Positions 30,082 through 39,793 of a stretch of 64,000 nt of DNA are shown piece after piece (position 1 is the stretch's first letter; the number at the start of each line of letters is the position of its first letter). Location: NCBI GenBank assembly GCA_965204745.1, contig OZ242010.1, forward strand, positions 5,120,001 to 5,184,000. The letters are read 5' to 3'. The position numbers and the translations under genes are program-made. Source of the stretch: Candidatus Latescibacterota bacterium. GTDB lineage: Bacteria > Latescibacterota > UBA2968. The notes under the pieces were generated by a model, which was given only the letters and a program-made list of their open reading frames with translations, had not been told where the DNA came from and searched no databases.

Positions 30082-30591
30082 ATGCCTTATGCAGACCACA
30101 TTGAGCAGGCCAAAGACCCCGTCACCTGTGCGGTGCTCACCATCAGCGATACGCGCACCAAAGCCGATGACAAAAGCGGTCAGATCATCCGCGAATCGGT
30201 CGAAGCCGCAGGTCACAACATCGCGTTTTATCGCGTGGTAAAAGACGATGCCGCGCAGATTCGCACCCTGATCGAACAAATCGCCGTAGCGGGCGAATGC
30301 CACGTCATTCTCACCAATGGGGGCACGGGCATTGCCGCGCGCGACACCACTTATGAAGCCGTCACGAGCCTGCTCGAAAAACGCCTCGACGGATTTGGCG
30401 AAGTCTTTCGCTTTCTCTCATGGGAAGACATCGGCTCGGGGGCCATGCTCTCGCGCGCTGTTGCAGGCGTGTACAAAGACACGATGATTTTCTGCATGCC
30501 CGGCTCATCCGGCGCGGTGCGACTGGCAATGGAAAAACTCATCGTTCCCGAACTCTCACACCTCGTCTGGGAAATCTGGCGGCAAAAGTGA
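30082..30591 (+). CDS. moaB: MoaB/MogA molybdenum cofactor biosynthesis protein
   Basis: 'VLTISDTRT...DKSG', 'V.DD', 'TNGGTG...RD.T.EA', 'GFGE.FR', 'AMLSRA', 'PGS'. Confidence 0.92.
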   Translation: MPYADHIEQAKDPVTCAVLTISDTRTKADDKSGQIIRESVEAAGHNIAFYRVVKDDAAQIRTLIEQIAVAGECHVILTNGGTGIAARDTTYEAVTSLLEKRLDGFGEVFRFLSWEDIGSGAMLSRAVAGVYKDTMIFCMPGSSGAVRLAMEKLIVPELSHLVWEIWRQK

Positions 30592-30715
30592 GATGGGATT
30601 TTAGCCACGAGCGGGGTACAACTGGCGACAGCCAGTTCAAAGGCACAAAAGGCACAAAAGGGGTACAACTGGCGATAGCCAGTTCAAAGGCACAATCGGT
30701 GAGACGCAAGACGGG
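30589..30715 (+). repeat. Composite repeat (two palindromes, 9-mers, heptamers); left flank of IS110
   Basis: GTACAACTGGCGAYAGCCAGTTCAAAGGCAC x2, then GAGACGC-AAGACGG. Confidence 0.88.
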
Positions 30716-30733
30716 AGATACTCTCTTAAAAGG

Positions 30734-31741
30734 TCAAGGGGTTTTCGGGGTGATTCGATAGAATTTTTCGCCCTCAAAATCTTGGTCATGGCGCAACATG
30801 CCCCAGATCGAATGGAGCAACTTTCGCATCACCGCAACGATAGCCTGCAAAGGTTTCTTGCCGCGGGCGATGAGTTGGTCATAGAAGGCTTTGACATGGC
30901 CTTCGTGTCTGATGGCCACCCAGGCAGGCATATAGAGGGCATGGCGGAGGTACTTATTCCCGGTTTTCGAGATGCGTCTTTGTGGATTGGCGGTTCCGGA
31001 TTGTTTGGGTTTGGGATCCAGGCCTGCATGTGCGACCCACTGGGGCGGTTGCATCTCCTCTGGCAAAAGGGTCAACTCGGCCAAGAGCCGCAAGGCACTC
31101 GTTTGCGCGATGCCAGGCGTCGAGCAGAGGCGTTGGTAGGCACGCTTGAGGGGCTCATCGTGCAAAACGAGATCGAGGGCTTGGCTTTCCAAGTATGCAA
31201 TCCGGCGTTTGAAGTGTCGAATATTCACCTGAATATCGCGTGCGATGAGACGTGTGCTGCGGATGTGGTAGCTCTGCGCGTGGTTGCGGCTCTGTTCGCG
31301 GATGATCTCCTGCTTGAGTTGGTCAATGCGTCTGGTGAGGGCTTGCAGTTGAAGCCGTTGCTCGCTCGGCGCTTGCCAAGGCACAAAAGGCATGCGCTCG
31401 GCATAGTCGAGGATCAACAACGCATCCTTCGCATCCGTCTTCGCCCGTTGCATGCAGGCTTGGGCGTACTTGCTCATCGCTTTGGGATTGACGACCATGA
31501 CCTTTGTGTGGCGATGCCGATGCAAGGCCAAGGCCACCCCCAAACTGTAAAGCCCGGTCGCTTCGAGGCACACAGAGACCATGTGCCCGCCCTTCGTGAG
31601 CCACTTCAGCAACCGCTTATGCGCTTGGGGATCATTGGCAAAGGTCGCTTGCATGACAGCTTGTCCGGGTCTGGACAGGGCAACGGACAACGTGCGGGCA
31701 CTGACATCAATGCCGGCAAAAGCGGGGTGAGATTTCGACAT
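30734..31741 (-). CDS. IS110 family DEDD recombinase (bridge recombinase)
   Basis: 'GIDVS', 'CLEATG.YS', 'AKTDAKDA' (DEDD), 'L.STPGI', 'AGL.P...QSGT' (catalytic Ser), 'GNKYLR.ALY', 'A.MRKL'; GGAGG SD. Confidence 0.96.
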   Translation of the reverse strand: MSKSHPAFAGIDVSARTLSVALSRPGQAVMQATFANDPQAHKRLLKWLTKGGHMVSVCLEATGLYSLGVALALHRHRHTKVMVVNPKAMSKYAQACMQRAKTDAKDALLILDYAERMPFVPWQAPSEQRLQLQALTRRIDQLKQEIIREQSRNHAQSYHIRSTRLIARDIQVNIRHFKRRIAYLESQALDLVLHDEPLKRAYQRLCSTPGIAQTSALRLLAELTLLPEEMQPPQWVAHAGLDPKPKQSGTANPQRRISKTGNKYLRHALYMPAWVAIRHEGHVKAFYDQLIARGKKPLQAIVAVMRKLLHSIWGMLRHDQDFEGEKFYRITPKTP

Positions 31742-31784
31742 GGGGGCCTCCTGTGATGAGGGGGTTGTAAGGGATCTGGTGCGC

Positions 31785-31990
31785 GCTCGGGGTCCCGACC
31801 ATTGACGCCAAGTCTACCGGTCTTGTATATGCAGCCTCAAGGGGCTTAGATACTCTTCGGCATAGACCCGGCGGTCGGGGGGCCTATCTTACCTACAAGG
31901 TCATCGCCTTCAAGAGGGGCCGGCCTTCCCCGAGCCGGGCATCAAGATGGCTTATCTCGATACGAGGGCGCAACTCCTAATTAACCCTTA
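31785..31990 (-). ncRNA. Predicted bridge RNA (5' hairpin, target-binding loop, donor-binding loop)
   Basis: Nested stems GCTCGGGG/CCCCGAGC, CCCGACC/GGTCGGG, GTCTA/TAGAC, GGCC/GGCC; internal loops contain exact copies of donor halves (31848-31856, 31822-31828) and a target left-half match (31913-31919). Confidence 0.85.
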
Positions 31991-32003
31991 CTTCCAAGAT
32001 ACA

Positions 32004-32262
32004 AGAGGGGAGACGGGAGAGGGAAGACGGGAGAGGGGAGACGGGAGAGGCAGTAGTCAGTTGCCAGTAGTCAGTGGTCAGTCCGCCCCGCCCAACTCCC
32101 TTCGGTAAGAGGGAAGACGAGAAATACAAGAGGGAAGACGCAAGAGGGAAGACGCAAGAGGGGAGAGGGGTGGCCTTCTTGCCTCTTGCCTCTTGCCTCT
32201 CACCTCTTGCCTCTCACCTTTTTGGGCGATGCTCCCGTGCGCCCGAAGATACAAGAGGTGAG
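32004..32262 (+). repeat. Composite repeat block: (RAGASGN)n, (CAGTNGT)n, CCGCCCAACTCCCTTCGG, inverted heptamer arms
   Basis: Direct reading; 32107-32170 and 32178-32219 are opposite-strand heptamer tracts able to form a hairpin. Confidence 0.88.
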
Positions 32263-32344
32263 GCAACACCGCCCAACCGCATACCCATCCCAACACCGCC
32301 GTGTGCATTGGCGATCAGTAGTCCCTCTCTCCAAGGAAAAAATT

Positions 32345-34729
32345 ATGCACCTCTATGTGAAAATGCTCGCTCTGAGTTTCTGCTTGGTTCAAGCGGCAGA
32401 TGCGGAAACAAATTGGTCGAATTGGGGCGGGCCCAATCGAAATTTTCGGATTGACGACGCAGGCGTTTTTCCAGCCGATCAGCCCTACGCACTGCGGGTC
32501 GTTTGGAAAAAGCCGCTCGGTGCGGGATATTCGCCCGTTTCCGTGCGCGGGGATCTGGCAGTGACGATGTTTTCCGACGAAATTTTTGATTACGTCATCG
32601 CCTTCAACGCAAGAGACGGATCGGAGCGATGGAAACACGACATCGGCGCCGCGTATTTGGGGCATTACGGCTCGCAAAGCGGCCCCTTGTCAACGCCGGT
32701 TTTGACCGAGGATAAAGTCATCGCCCTAGGCCCTCGGGGCAACCTGTTCGCGCTCGATGCAAAGACGGGCGAAAAACTCTGGGCGGTCGATCTCGTTGCG
32801 GACTATGGGGCCAAAGCGCCGTTTTGGGGCTTTACCTCATCGCCGATTTTATACGACAATCGCCTGATCGTGCAAACGGGGGGTACGCACGCGATTTCGG
32901 CGTTTGACCCCGAATCCGGCGGTTTGATCTGGTCGGCCCTTGCCGATGCGGTCAATTACCAATCCCCGGGCTTGTTCGCGGTTGGCAATCGCAACCACTT
33001 GGTCTTTTTGGGCAACACCTATCTCGCGGGGCTATGGCCCGAAACCGGTGACGTACTCTGGCAATTTGCCCATCGCGGGCATACCGGCGCGGTCAACGCG
33101 AGCGGGCATCCGGTCGCGGTTGGCGAAGGCCGGTATTTTGTGAAGAACGGCGGGATGCTGGTGGGCGTGCGCGCAGATGGCGACATGTTTGCAGTTGGGG
33201 AAATTTGGCGCACGCGCCACATCCGAGGAACGTACATCGACGCGGTTTTTAATAAGGGCCTGCTGTTTGGCTACAACCGCCGCATTCTCACTTGCATCAG
33301 CGCGGACACGGGAGAACGCTTGTGGCAATCGCGCGAACCGGGCGATGGGTTGCCCATTGTCGTGGACGATCATCTCGTCATCATAACAAAAGACGGCAAA
33401 TTGGCGGTGGCACGGGCTTCGGGCGAGGGGTATCGGGAAACCGCTCGGTTGGCACTCTTTGACGATATCGCCTGGTCACACGCCAGCTTTGCCCATGGCG
33501 GGTTTTACGCGCGCAGCATGTCGGAAATCGCCCGCGTTGAGGTCATACCCGGAATCGCAACGGCAAGGGGCAAACCGGATGGGATGATGGCGAACTCGCG
33601 GTTTGCGCGCTTTGTCACAGAGGTCAATCGAGCCACCCATAAGAAAGCGCGGATCGACTCGTTTATGGCGCGGCAAAAGACCTTTCCGATTTTGGAAGGC
33701 GATCAACTCGCGCATTTTGTGTATCGCGGCGACGCGGACGAGGTAAGCGTAACGGGCGATCACACCGGGCGGCGATTCGATCAGCCCATGCGCCGCATTG
33801 AGGGAACAGATTTGTTTTATCACACGGCCCGCCTCGACGCGGACGCCCGCATCACCTATCACTATACGCTCAACTTACAGCGCGTCGTTCCGGACCCGCA
33901 CAATCCGCGACAACTTCGCTCGCTCTTTTTTGGGCGCGCCTCCTGGTTTGGGATGCCGCGCTGGCGGTTTCCCGATCATCTGAAAAAGCGGCGAGATGGG
34001 GTTCGCGGCCAAATCGATTCCCTCGGCTTTGAGAGCGCGGCGATTCCGGACTATCGCAAATTGGAGGTCTATCTGCCTGCGGGGTACGCGGAAGGCGATG
34101 ATCGCCATCCCGTTGTGTACGTCCACGCGGCGCGCCGACAGTGGTCATTGGGGAAAGTGGACGTTTCGCTGGACAATATCCTCGGCGCGAGCGTGCGACC
34201 CGTCATCGTGGTTTTTGTTCCGTCTCTTTTTGGCGGCGGATATTCCGAGTACGTGGGGGAAAAGCGCGATGCTTACCTGCGGGTTTTCACCGATGAGGTC
34301 GTGCCTTATATCGATCAGACGTATCGCACGCTCAAGCACCGCGAAGGCCGGGCAAATATGGGAACCATCTACGGCGGGTTTATGGCTTTTTACGCGACCT
34401 TTAAGCATCCGAAATTGTTTGGCAACCTCGCCATCCAATCCATGTCATGGGATCAGACCGCCGAGGCCAACGACGCCGCGCTGGTCTTTGAGGCGTCATC
34501 CCAATGGCCGATGAAAATTTATTTGGACTGGGGAAAGTACGATTTGCGAAGCCCAATGGAGGGCAATGACTTGGGCGAGAGCACGGCGTCCTTTGCGCGC
34601 CTGCTGCACGCCAAGGGATACGCGTTCACAGGCGGCGAAGTCAACGACGGCGCGGGTTGGGCGAGTTGGCGAAACCGCACAGACGAGGTGTTTGAGGCAC
34701 TCTTTCCTTCGGTGAGACGTAAGAGGTGA
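32345..34729 (+). CDS. Secreted PQQ-like beta-propeller protein fused to an enterochelin-esterase-like alpha/beta hydrolase domain
   Basis: Signal peptide, 'W..W.GP.RN', repeated 'A.DA.TG..LW'; then 'D.R..Y.Y', 'DP.NP', 'VYLPAGY', 'EVVPYID..YR'. Confidence 0.78.
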   Translation: MHLYVKMLALSFCLVQAADAETNWSNWGGPNRNFRIDDAGVFPADQPYALRVVWKKPLGAGYSPVSVRGDLAVTMFSDEIFDYVIAFNARDGSERWKHDIGAAYLGHYGSQSGPLSTPVLTEDKVIALGPRGNLFALDAKTGEKLWAVDLVADYGAKAPFWGFTSSPILYDNRLIVQTGGTHAISAFDPESGGLIWSALADAVNYQSPGLFAVGNRNHLVFLGNTYLAGLWPETGDVLWQFAHRGHTGAVNASGHPVAVGEGRYFVKNGGMLVGVRADGDMFAVGEIWRTRHIRGTYIDAVFNKGLLFGYNRRILTCISADTGERLWQSREPGDGLPIVVDDHLVIITKDGKLAVARASGEGYRETARLALFDDIAWSHASFAHGGFYARSMSEIARVEVIPGIATARGKPDGMMANSRFARFVTEVNRATHKKARIDSFMARQKTFPILEGDQLAHFVYRGDADEVSVTGDHTGRRFDQPMRRIEGTDLFYHTARLDADARITYHYTLNLQRVVPDPHNPRQLRSLFFGRASWFGMPRWRFPDHLKKRRDGVRGQIDSLGFESAAIPDYRKLEVYLPAGYAEGDDRHPVVYVHAARRQWSLGKVDVSLDNILGASVRPVIVVFVPSLFGGGYSEYVGEKRDAYLRVFTDEVVPYIDQTYRTLKHREGRANMGTIYGGFMAFYATFKHPKLFGNLAIQSMSWDQTAEANDAALVFEASSQWPMKIYLDWGKYDLRSPMEGNDLGESTASFARLLHAKGYAFTGGEVNDGAGWASWRNRTDEVFEALFPSVRRKR

Positions 34730-34893
34730 GACGTGAGAGGGGAGAGGCAAGAGGTGAGACGTAAGAGGTGAGACGTAAGAGGTGAGACGTAAGAGGTGAG
34801 ACGTGAGACGTGAGACGTGAGACGTAAGAGGTGAGTTTAGCCACGACTGGCGACAGCCTGTTCAAAGGCGAGCAGTTCGCCCAAAGATACAAG
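34714..34893 (+). repeat. 17 tandem heptamers (RAGASGN) followed by the palindrome module
   Basis: GAGACGT/AAGAGGT alternation 34714-34832, then TTTAGCCACGACTGGCGACAGCCTGTTCAAAGGCGAG. Confidence 0.93.
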
Positions 34894-34931
34894 GTCAGTC
34901 ACCACCTATCTGCCCCGAAGATCGAAAAAAC

Positions 34932-34976
34932 AAAAAAGCGGAGAAATCTACGATTAGATTTCTCCGCTCTCTTTTT
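34932..34976. terminator. Bidirectional intrinsic terminator
   Basis: AGCGGAGAAATCTA-CGAT-TAGATTTCTCCGCT flanked by A and T runs. Confidence 0.85.
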
Positions 34977-34989
34977 GTGTATTTGGTCG

Positions 34990-35307
34990 TTATTGCAAGT
35001 AGTGGCTCACCGGGATGCCGAGCCAGCCGCGGCTGACGTAATCGGCCATCGCAAAGGCAAAGAGAATCAGCAAAAACAAGATGCCCGCGCCTGCGAGCAA
35101 CCAAGTCAAGCGGCTGGCGTATTTGACGTGCATAAAAAACAGAATCACAATCGTGGCTTTGGTGCAGGCAATGCCCAGCGCGACCACGTCGTTGAACAGC
35201 CCCAAATCTCTGAAAGCCACCCAAACGGTCAAGCCCGTCAAAAACATCAGGGCAACGAACACCGCGAGATAAACGCGAACCGTGGGCCCGTGGTGATGAT
35301 CAGCCAT
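34990..35307 (-). CDS. coxD: Cytochrome c oxidase subunit IV
   Basis: 'YLAVF.ALM.LT.LTV', 'IA..KA..V.LFFMHVKY'. Confidence 0.88.
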   Translation of the reverse strand: MADHHHGPTVRVYLAVFVALMFLTGLTVWVAFRDLGLFNDVVALGIACTKATIVILFFMHVKYASRLTWLLAGAGILFLLILFAFAMADYVSRGWLGIPVSHYLQ

Positions 35308-35978
35308 CAGTGTCCTCCCTGTGTGCCCAGAAGGTAGAGCAGTGGAAACAGGAAAATCCAGACGATATCGACAAAGTGCCAATACAGGCCAAAAATTTCT
35401 ATGGGGGCATTGTACTCGGCTGTGTACGTCCCCTGTGCGGTTTTGACAAATACCCAAATCAGCAGACCGATGCCCACGACCATGTGCAGCGCGTGCATGC
35501 CGGTCATCCCGAAATACAGGGAAAAGAAAAGCGCGAGTTGCGGCGAATAGTCGCCGTGCGGATGCCAGACCAAGCCGGGCACCAAGCCGTGCTCGACCTT
35601 TGAGGCATACTCGAAATATTTGATCACCAAAAACGTCAGCCCCAAAATCCCGGTCAAAGTCAGATAGAACAGAATCCGATTTTTACGCCCCTGGTGCGAT
35701 TCGTGAACGGCCATCGCCATCGTCAAGCTGCTGATGATCAACACCGCCGTATTGATCCCCCCGAGCAAAATATCGAGATGGCTACTGCCTTCAAAAAACG
35801 CATAGGGATAGTGCGAGCGATAGATCAAATACGTGGCAAAAAAGCCGCCGAAAAACAGAATTTCCGTAATCAGAAAACTCCACATGCCGATCACAGCGGA
35901 TTCCTTTTGTTGCGGCATGTCTTCAAACTGGTGCGCCAGCCCGTGTGGGTGATCGCGATGTGTTGCGTGCTCGGCCAT
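35307..35978 (-). CDS. coxC: Cytochrome c oxidase subunit III
   Basis: 'GMW.FL.TE.LFFGG.F', 'NTAVLI.SS', 'TG.HALH', '[10 protein letters not shown]'. Confidence 0.93.
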   Translation of the reverse strand: MAEHATHRDHPHGLAHQFEDMPQQKESAVIGMWSFLITEILFFGGFFATYLIYRSHYPYAFFEGSSHLDILLGGINTAVLIISSLTMAMAVHESHQGRKNRILFYLTLTGILGLTFLVIKYFEYASKVEHGLVPGLVWHPHGDYSPQLALFFSLYFGMTGMHALHMVVGIGLLIWVFVKTAQGTYTAEYNAPIEIFGLYWHFVDIVWIFLFPLLYLLGTQGGH

Positions 35979-37618
35979 TAGTGCTCCTCAATTGGTCCGT
36001 ACTGATAGGCTTCTTCGGTCACGACGGGCGTTTCGTCAAAATTAAACGTGGGCGGCGGCGAAGTCGTTTCCCATTCCAAGCCCTTGGCGCCCCAGGGATT
36101 ATCGGGTGCTTGTGGCCCCTTGAAGATCGACCACGTCAAATACGCGCCGGGAATCAAATACCCCAGGGCCAAAATCGAAGCCCCCAGCGACGATGCCACA
36201 TTCAGAACCTGAAATTCGTCGGGATAGACGTGATAGCGCCTAGGCATGCCCAGGTACCCCAAAATAAACTGCGGGAAAAACGTCAGGTTAAACCCGAGGA
36301 ACACCAGCAGGGCCGACACGCGGCCCCAAATATCGGGATACATCTTGCCCGTAATTTTCGGCCACCAAAAATGCATGCCTCCCAAATACCCCATCACCTG
36401 CCCGCCGACCATGATATAGTGGAAGTGCGCCACCACAAAATACGTATCGTGCAAGTGGATATCCAAGCCCATGCTCGACAAAAACAGCCCGGTCAAGCCG
36501 CCCACCAAAAACAGGCCCAGATACCCGTACACGTAAAACATCGGCGTGTCATAGACAATAGACCCCTTGTATAGGGTCGCGGTCCAGTTGAACGTTTTGA
36601 TCGCAGAAGGCACGGCCACCAAAAATGTAATGACGGAAAACACCATCCCAGCGTACGTGGATTGGCTGCTCACAAACATGTGGTGGCCCCACACCAGAAA
36701 GCCCAAAATGGCGATTGCCACGCTCGAAAACGCGACGAACTCGTAGCCAAAAACGCGCTTGCGCGCAACGCACGCCACCATCTCGCTCATCACGCCCATC
36801 GAGGGCAAAATCATGATGTACACGGCCGGATGCGAATAGAACCAGAACAAATGCTGGAACAACACCGGATCCCCGCCCAGGTTGGGATCGAAAAACCCAA
36901 AGCCAAACCCGCGCTCGAGCATCAGCAACACCAGCGTAATCGCGATCACCGGCGTGCCCAACAGCATGATCAAACTGGTGGCATAATGCGACCACACGAA
37001 CAGGGGCAAGCGGAACCACGTCATCCCGGGCGCGCGCATGGTGTGGATCGTCACCACAAAATTAAGCCCGGTCAGGATGGACGAGAAACCCGCGAGAAAT
37101 GCCGCCATCGCGGCCAGGATCACATTGGAGTTGGAATAGGTGCTACTATACGGGGTGTAAAACGTCCAACCCGTGTCCACGCCCCCGCCGACCACGGCTA
37201 TCGTGCCCAAAATACCGGCGCCGACATAGACGTACCAACTCAAGAGATTGACGCGCGGAAACGCGAGGTCTTTCGCGCCGACCATAATGGGCACCAAAAA
37301 GTTGCCGAGGGTCGCGGGAATGGAGGGCACCAAAAAGAAAAAGACCATGATGATGCCGTGCATGGAAAACACCTTGTTGTACGTATCCGAAGACATCAAA
37401 TCGCCTTCGGGGGTCATCAGTTCAAAGCGCACCAAACTGGCAAACAACCCGCCGAGGGCGAAAAAGATGGAAATGGAAATGATGTACAACACCGCGATGC
37501 GCTTGTGATCCTTGGTCAGCAACCACGACGTCAGCCCATAGCCGTTGTTCAGATAATTGACGCGCGGCGCGCCTGGCGCGTCTTCTGAGGTGCGAATGTC
37601 TCGTTCCAAAATTGCCAT
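35978..37618 (-). CDS. coxA: Heme-copper oxidase subunit I, type A2
   Basis: 'DHKRI', 'HG.IM.FF', 'GWTFY.P', '[10 protein letters not shown]' (YS motif of A2), 'VWGHHM', '[12 protein letters not shown]'. Confidence 0.96.
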   Translation of the reverse strand: MAILERDIRTSEDAPGAPRVNYLNNGYGLTSWLLTKDHKRIAVLYIISISIFFALGGLFASLVRFELMTPEGDLMSSDTYNKVFSMHGIIMVFFFLVPSIPATLGNFLVPIMVGAKDLAFPRVNLLSWYVYVGAGILGTIAVVGGGVDTGWTFYTPYSSTYSNSNVILAAMAAFLAGFSSILTGLNFVVTIHTMRAPGMTWFRLPLFVWSHYATSLIMLLGTPVIAITLVLLMLERGFGFGFFDPNLGGDPVLFQHLFWFYSHPAVYIMILPSMGVMSEMVACVARKRVFGYEFVAFSSVAIAILGFLVWGHHMFVSSQSTYAGMVFSVITFLVAVPSAIKTFNWTATLYKGSIVYDTPMFYVYGYLGLFLVGGLTGLFLSSMGLDIHLHDTYFVVAHFHYIMVGGQVMGYLGGMHFWWPKITGKMYPDIWGRVSALLVFLGFNLTFFPQFILGYLGMPRRYHVYPDEFQVLNVASSLGASILALGYLIPGAYLTWSIFKGPQAPDNPWGAKGLEWETTSPPPTFNFDETPVVTEEAYQYGPIEEH

Positions 37619-37624
37619 AGCGCA

Positions 37625-38575
37625 TTACTCCAGATTCGTGAGTTCAGGGGCTTTCAGGGATTTGATATAGGCGATCAACTGGATGATGCCCTCTTCGCTG
37701 ATCTGACCCTTAAACGTCGGCATAATGGGTTTGTAGCCGGCCATCACTTTGTCCGCGGGGTTCAAAATGGATTCTCGGATATAGGCTTCGTCCACCAAAG
37801 CCGTGCCGCCGCCTTCCAATGCCACGGTTTTGCCAAACAGCCCGGCCAGCGATGGCCCGCGACCGGACCCGTCCGTCTTGTGGCAGGTGTGGCACGCGTA
37901 CTGTTCAAACAATCTTTCCCCGGCCACTTCCATCGGTTCGTTTGCCGTTCCCCCGGTCAACCAGGCTTCGTAATCCTGCGGTTCCAAAACGTGAACCGTG
38001 CCGATCATCCGCGAATGCTCTGTGCCGCAAAACTCCGCGCAGAACAGATGGTACGACCCGACCTGCGTGGGCTTAAACCACAAATTGGTATATCGCCCGG
38101 GCACCACGTCTTTCTTCACGCGAAACGCGGGGATGTAAAAACTGTGCAACACGTCTTCCGAGGTCATCGTCAAGCGCACGGATTCGCCGAGTGGCACATG
38201 CAACTCGTTGATCTCCTTTTTGCCTTCCGGGTGCTGCAATTTCCACATCCACTGCTTGCCCACCACGTACATTTCCAGCGCGTTTGCCGGGGGCGTAATC
38301 AGGTGGAAGTACACGACCGTGGCCCACGCGAACACCCCGAGCGCGAGCACGAGCGGAATCGCGGTCCAAAAGATCTCCAAGCCGAGATGCCCGGCGATTT
38401 GCCGCGGCACTTCGTCGTCGGATTTGCGCTGGTACTTGATCGCAAAGACGACCACCAAGATAACGACCAAGAGCGCGAAAAACACGCACAGGGCCAGAAT
38501 GCCAAAATAAAGCGCGTCAACGTGAAAGGCAAAACTCGATGCGCTATCTGGAAAGAGGGGAAAATCGGTCTGCAT
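37625..38575 (-). CDS. coxB: Cytochrome c oxidase subunit II with fused cytochrome c (caa3 type)
   Basis: 'DVLHS', CuA 'CAEFCGTEHSRM', heme c 'CHTCH'. Confidence 0.94.
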   Translation of the reverse strand: MQTDFPLFPDSASSFAFHVDALYFGILALCVFFALLVVILVVVFAIKYQRKSDDEVPRQIAGHLGLEIFWTAIPLVLALGVFAWATVVYFHLITPPANALEMYVVGKQWMWKLQHPEGKKEINELHVPLGESVRLTMTSEDVLHSFYIPAFRVKKDVVPGRYTNLWFKPTQVGSYHLFCAEFCGTEHSRMIGTVHVLEPQDYEAWLTGGTANEPMEVAGERLFEQYACHTCHKTDGSGRGPSLAGLFGKTVALEGGGTALVDEAYIRESILNPADKVMAGYKPIMPTFKGQISEEGIIQLIAYIKSLKAPELTNLE

Positions 38576-38616
38576 GCGCCAACCCAAGCGGTTAGAGGTC
38601 TGGTGGATGGATCAAA

Positions 38617-39411
38617 TCAACGCGCTTGCAACGGCGACCGCTCGCGGCGCACCATCGCAAAAACAAACGCCAAAATACAAATCACAGTGATCGCGCCGGC
38701 AATGCGAACCAGCCGATAAATCGCCAGCGTGTATTTTCCAGTTAGGGGATTGTACTGAAAACAATAGAGCAAAACCGCATCTATCGGGGAACTGATCTCG
38801 TCTCGCGTGGCTTCCAGAAGCCCCAGTTGCAAATCGCGCGGTGCAAATTCGACCCCAAACAAGTAGCGCGCAATTTTTCCACGGGGCGTCAAAATCGCGA
38901 TGGTGCTGGCGTGGATGTATTCATCGGTTTCGGGATCGTACAAATAGCGATACCCCATCGCGTGCGTCAAGGCGTGGATAGATGCGCGGTCGCCGGTGAG
39001 AAAATGCCAGCCTTCAGCTCCGCCTTCTCGGCCATAGCCCTCGACATAAGTCACCTTCTTCGCCGCTGCCAATGCCGGTGATTCCTCGGGGTCGATGCTG
39101 ACGATTACCACCAAAAAATCCGATCCCGCAGCGAGAGACAAGGGCCGCAACCCGGACAACAAGCCATTCAAGATCTGGGTACACAACATCGGGCATTCGT
39201 AATACGCGGGGACCAAAATAACCGGTTTATCGCGCAAGTACCGCGCCAGCGCGACCTCGCTGCCCTGCTCGTTGCGAAACGCCAAATTGACCGGCACAGC
39301 CGCGCCCAACTTTTGATCGACGCCAACCGAATCGAGCACCGTGGGCTTGGGCGTGAGGTCTTGCCCGTGGGCGACGGCGATCAACGTCATCCATGCCAAT
39401 AAAACGCGCAT
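38617..39411 (-). CDS. SCO family copper chaperone
   Basis: 'YYECPMLC', 'W.FLTG', 'Y.H'. Confidence 0.9.
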   Translation of the reverse strand: MRVLLAWMTLIAVAHGQDLTPKPTVLDSVGVDQKLGAAVPVNLAFRNEQGSEVALARYLRDKPVILVPAYYECPMLCTQILNGLLSGLRPLSLAAGSDFLVVIVSIDPEESPALAAAKKVTYVEGYGREGGAEGWHFLTGDRASIHALTHAMGYRYLYDPETDEYIHASTIAILTPRGKIARYLFGVEFAPRDLQLGLLEATRDEISSPIDAVLLYCFQYNPLTGKYTLAIYRLVRIAGAITVICILAFVFAMVRRERSPLQAR

Positions 39412-39414
39412 GCC

Positions 39415-39792
39415 TTACTCCCGCGCGGGCAACCCGCGCTCGAGCGTGAGATCCATCGCCCTCTCGATGGGAATGTGCACCACGCCCGCGTCTCTATCTA
39501 CCCAACCGTATTCGGATAGGGTGCGCTGTGTTTCGGCGCGCACCTGCGCCAACTCGGCAGGCGGTACGGTTTGAATCAACGGGCCGCGATGGGGTTCTTG
39601 GTGGGCAGCCATCGGCGGCGGGTCGTCCGACAGATAAATCGAAGCCTGTTCCAGGGCGTGAAACATCGCCCACATCGCGATAAAAGACAGGATGGCGACC
39701 GCGACAATCGCCGCTGTGGCGATGAGCACCGGCCCAATTTTGAGGTGATAGTCTTCGTAGCCCTTTTCCCGGGCATCGTGAATTTCCGCCAT
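39415..39792 (-). CDS. actG: Alternative complex III subunit G-like
   Basis: 'GYE..', single TM helix, 'L.EYGWVD...GVV.IPIERAM'; position after actF. Confidence 0.7.
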   Translation of the reverse strand: MAEIHDAREKGYEDYHLKIGPVLIATAAIVAVAILSFIAMWAMFHALEQASIYLSDDPPPMAAHQEPHRGPLIQTVPPAELAQVRAETQRTLSEYGWVDRDAGVVHIPIERAMDLTLERGLPARE

Positions 39793-39793
39793 A

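Larger units (their letters stand above)
30716..32005 (-). mobile_element. Complete IS110-family (IS621-like) element with duplicated CT core
   Basis: Minus-strand junctions CTCCCCT-CT-TGTAT (left) and AGAGTAT-CT-CCCGT (right); no TIRs; ~260-bp non-coding left end; excision restores 7-bp periodicity of the flanking repeat. Confidence 0.9.

Noticed and set aside
30782-31756. 324-aa ORF antisense to the IS110 recombinase
   Set aside because: Shadow ORF with no recognisable motifs; the same applies to many long antisense ORFs in this GC-rich DNA (e.g. 14095-15456, 56938-58353, 58214-59590)
30716-32002. 6-bp target-site duplication AGATAC at the IS ends
   Set aside because: The donor-loop matches explain it as a 2-bp CT core plus similar donor halves; IS110 elements do not make classical TSDs (kept only as an alternative boundary 7 bp away)
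32074-32344. N-terminal extensions of ORF-track calls (32186; also 2577, 4843, 54804, 60061, 20191, 13979)
   Set aside because: They run through repeat DNA or neighbouring genes; downstream starts with SD motifs and family-typical N-termini are more credible
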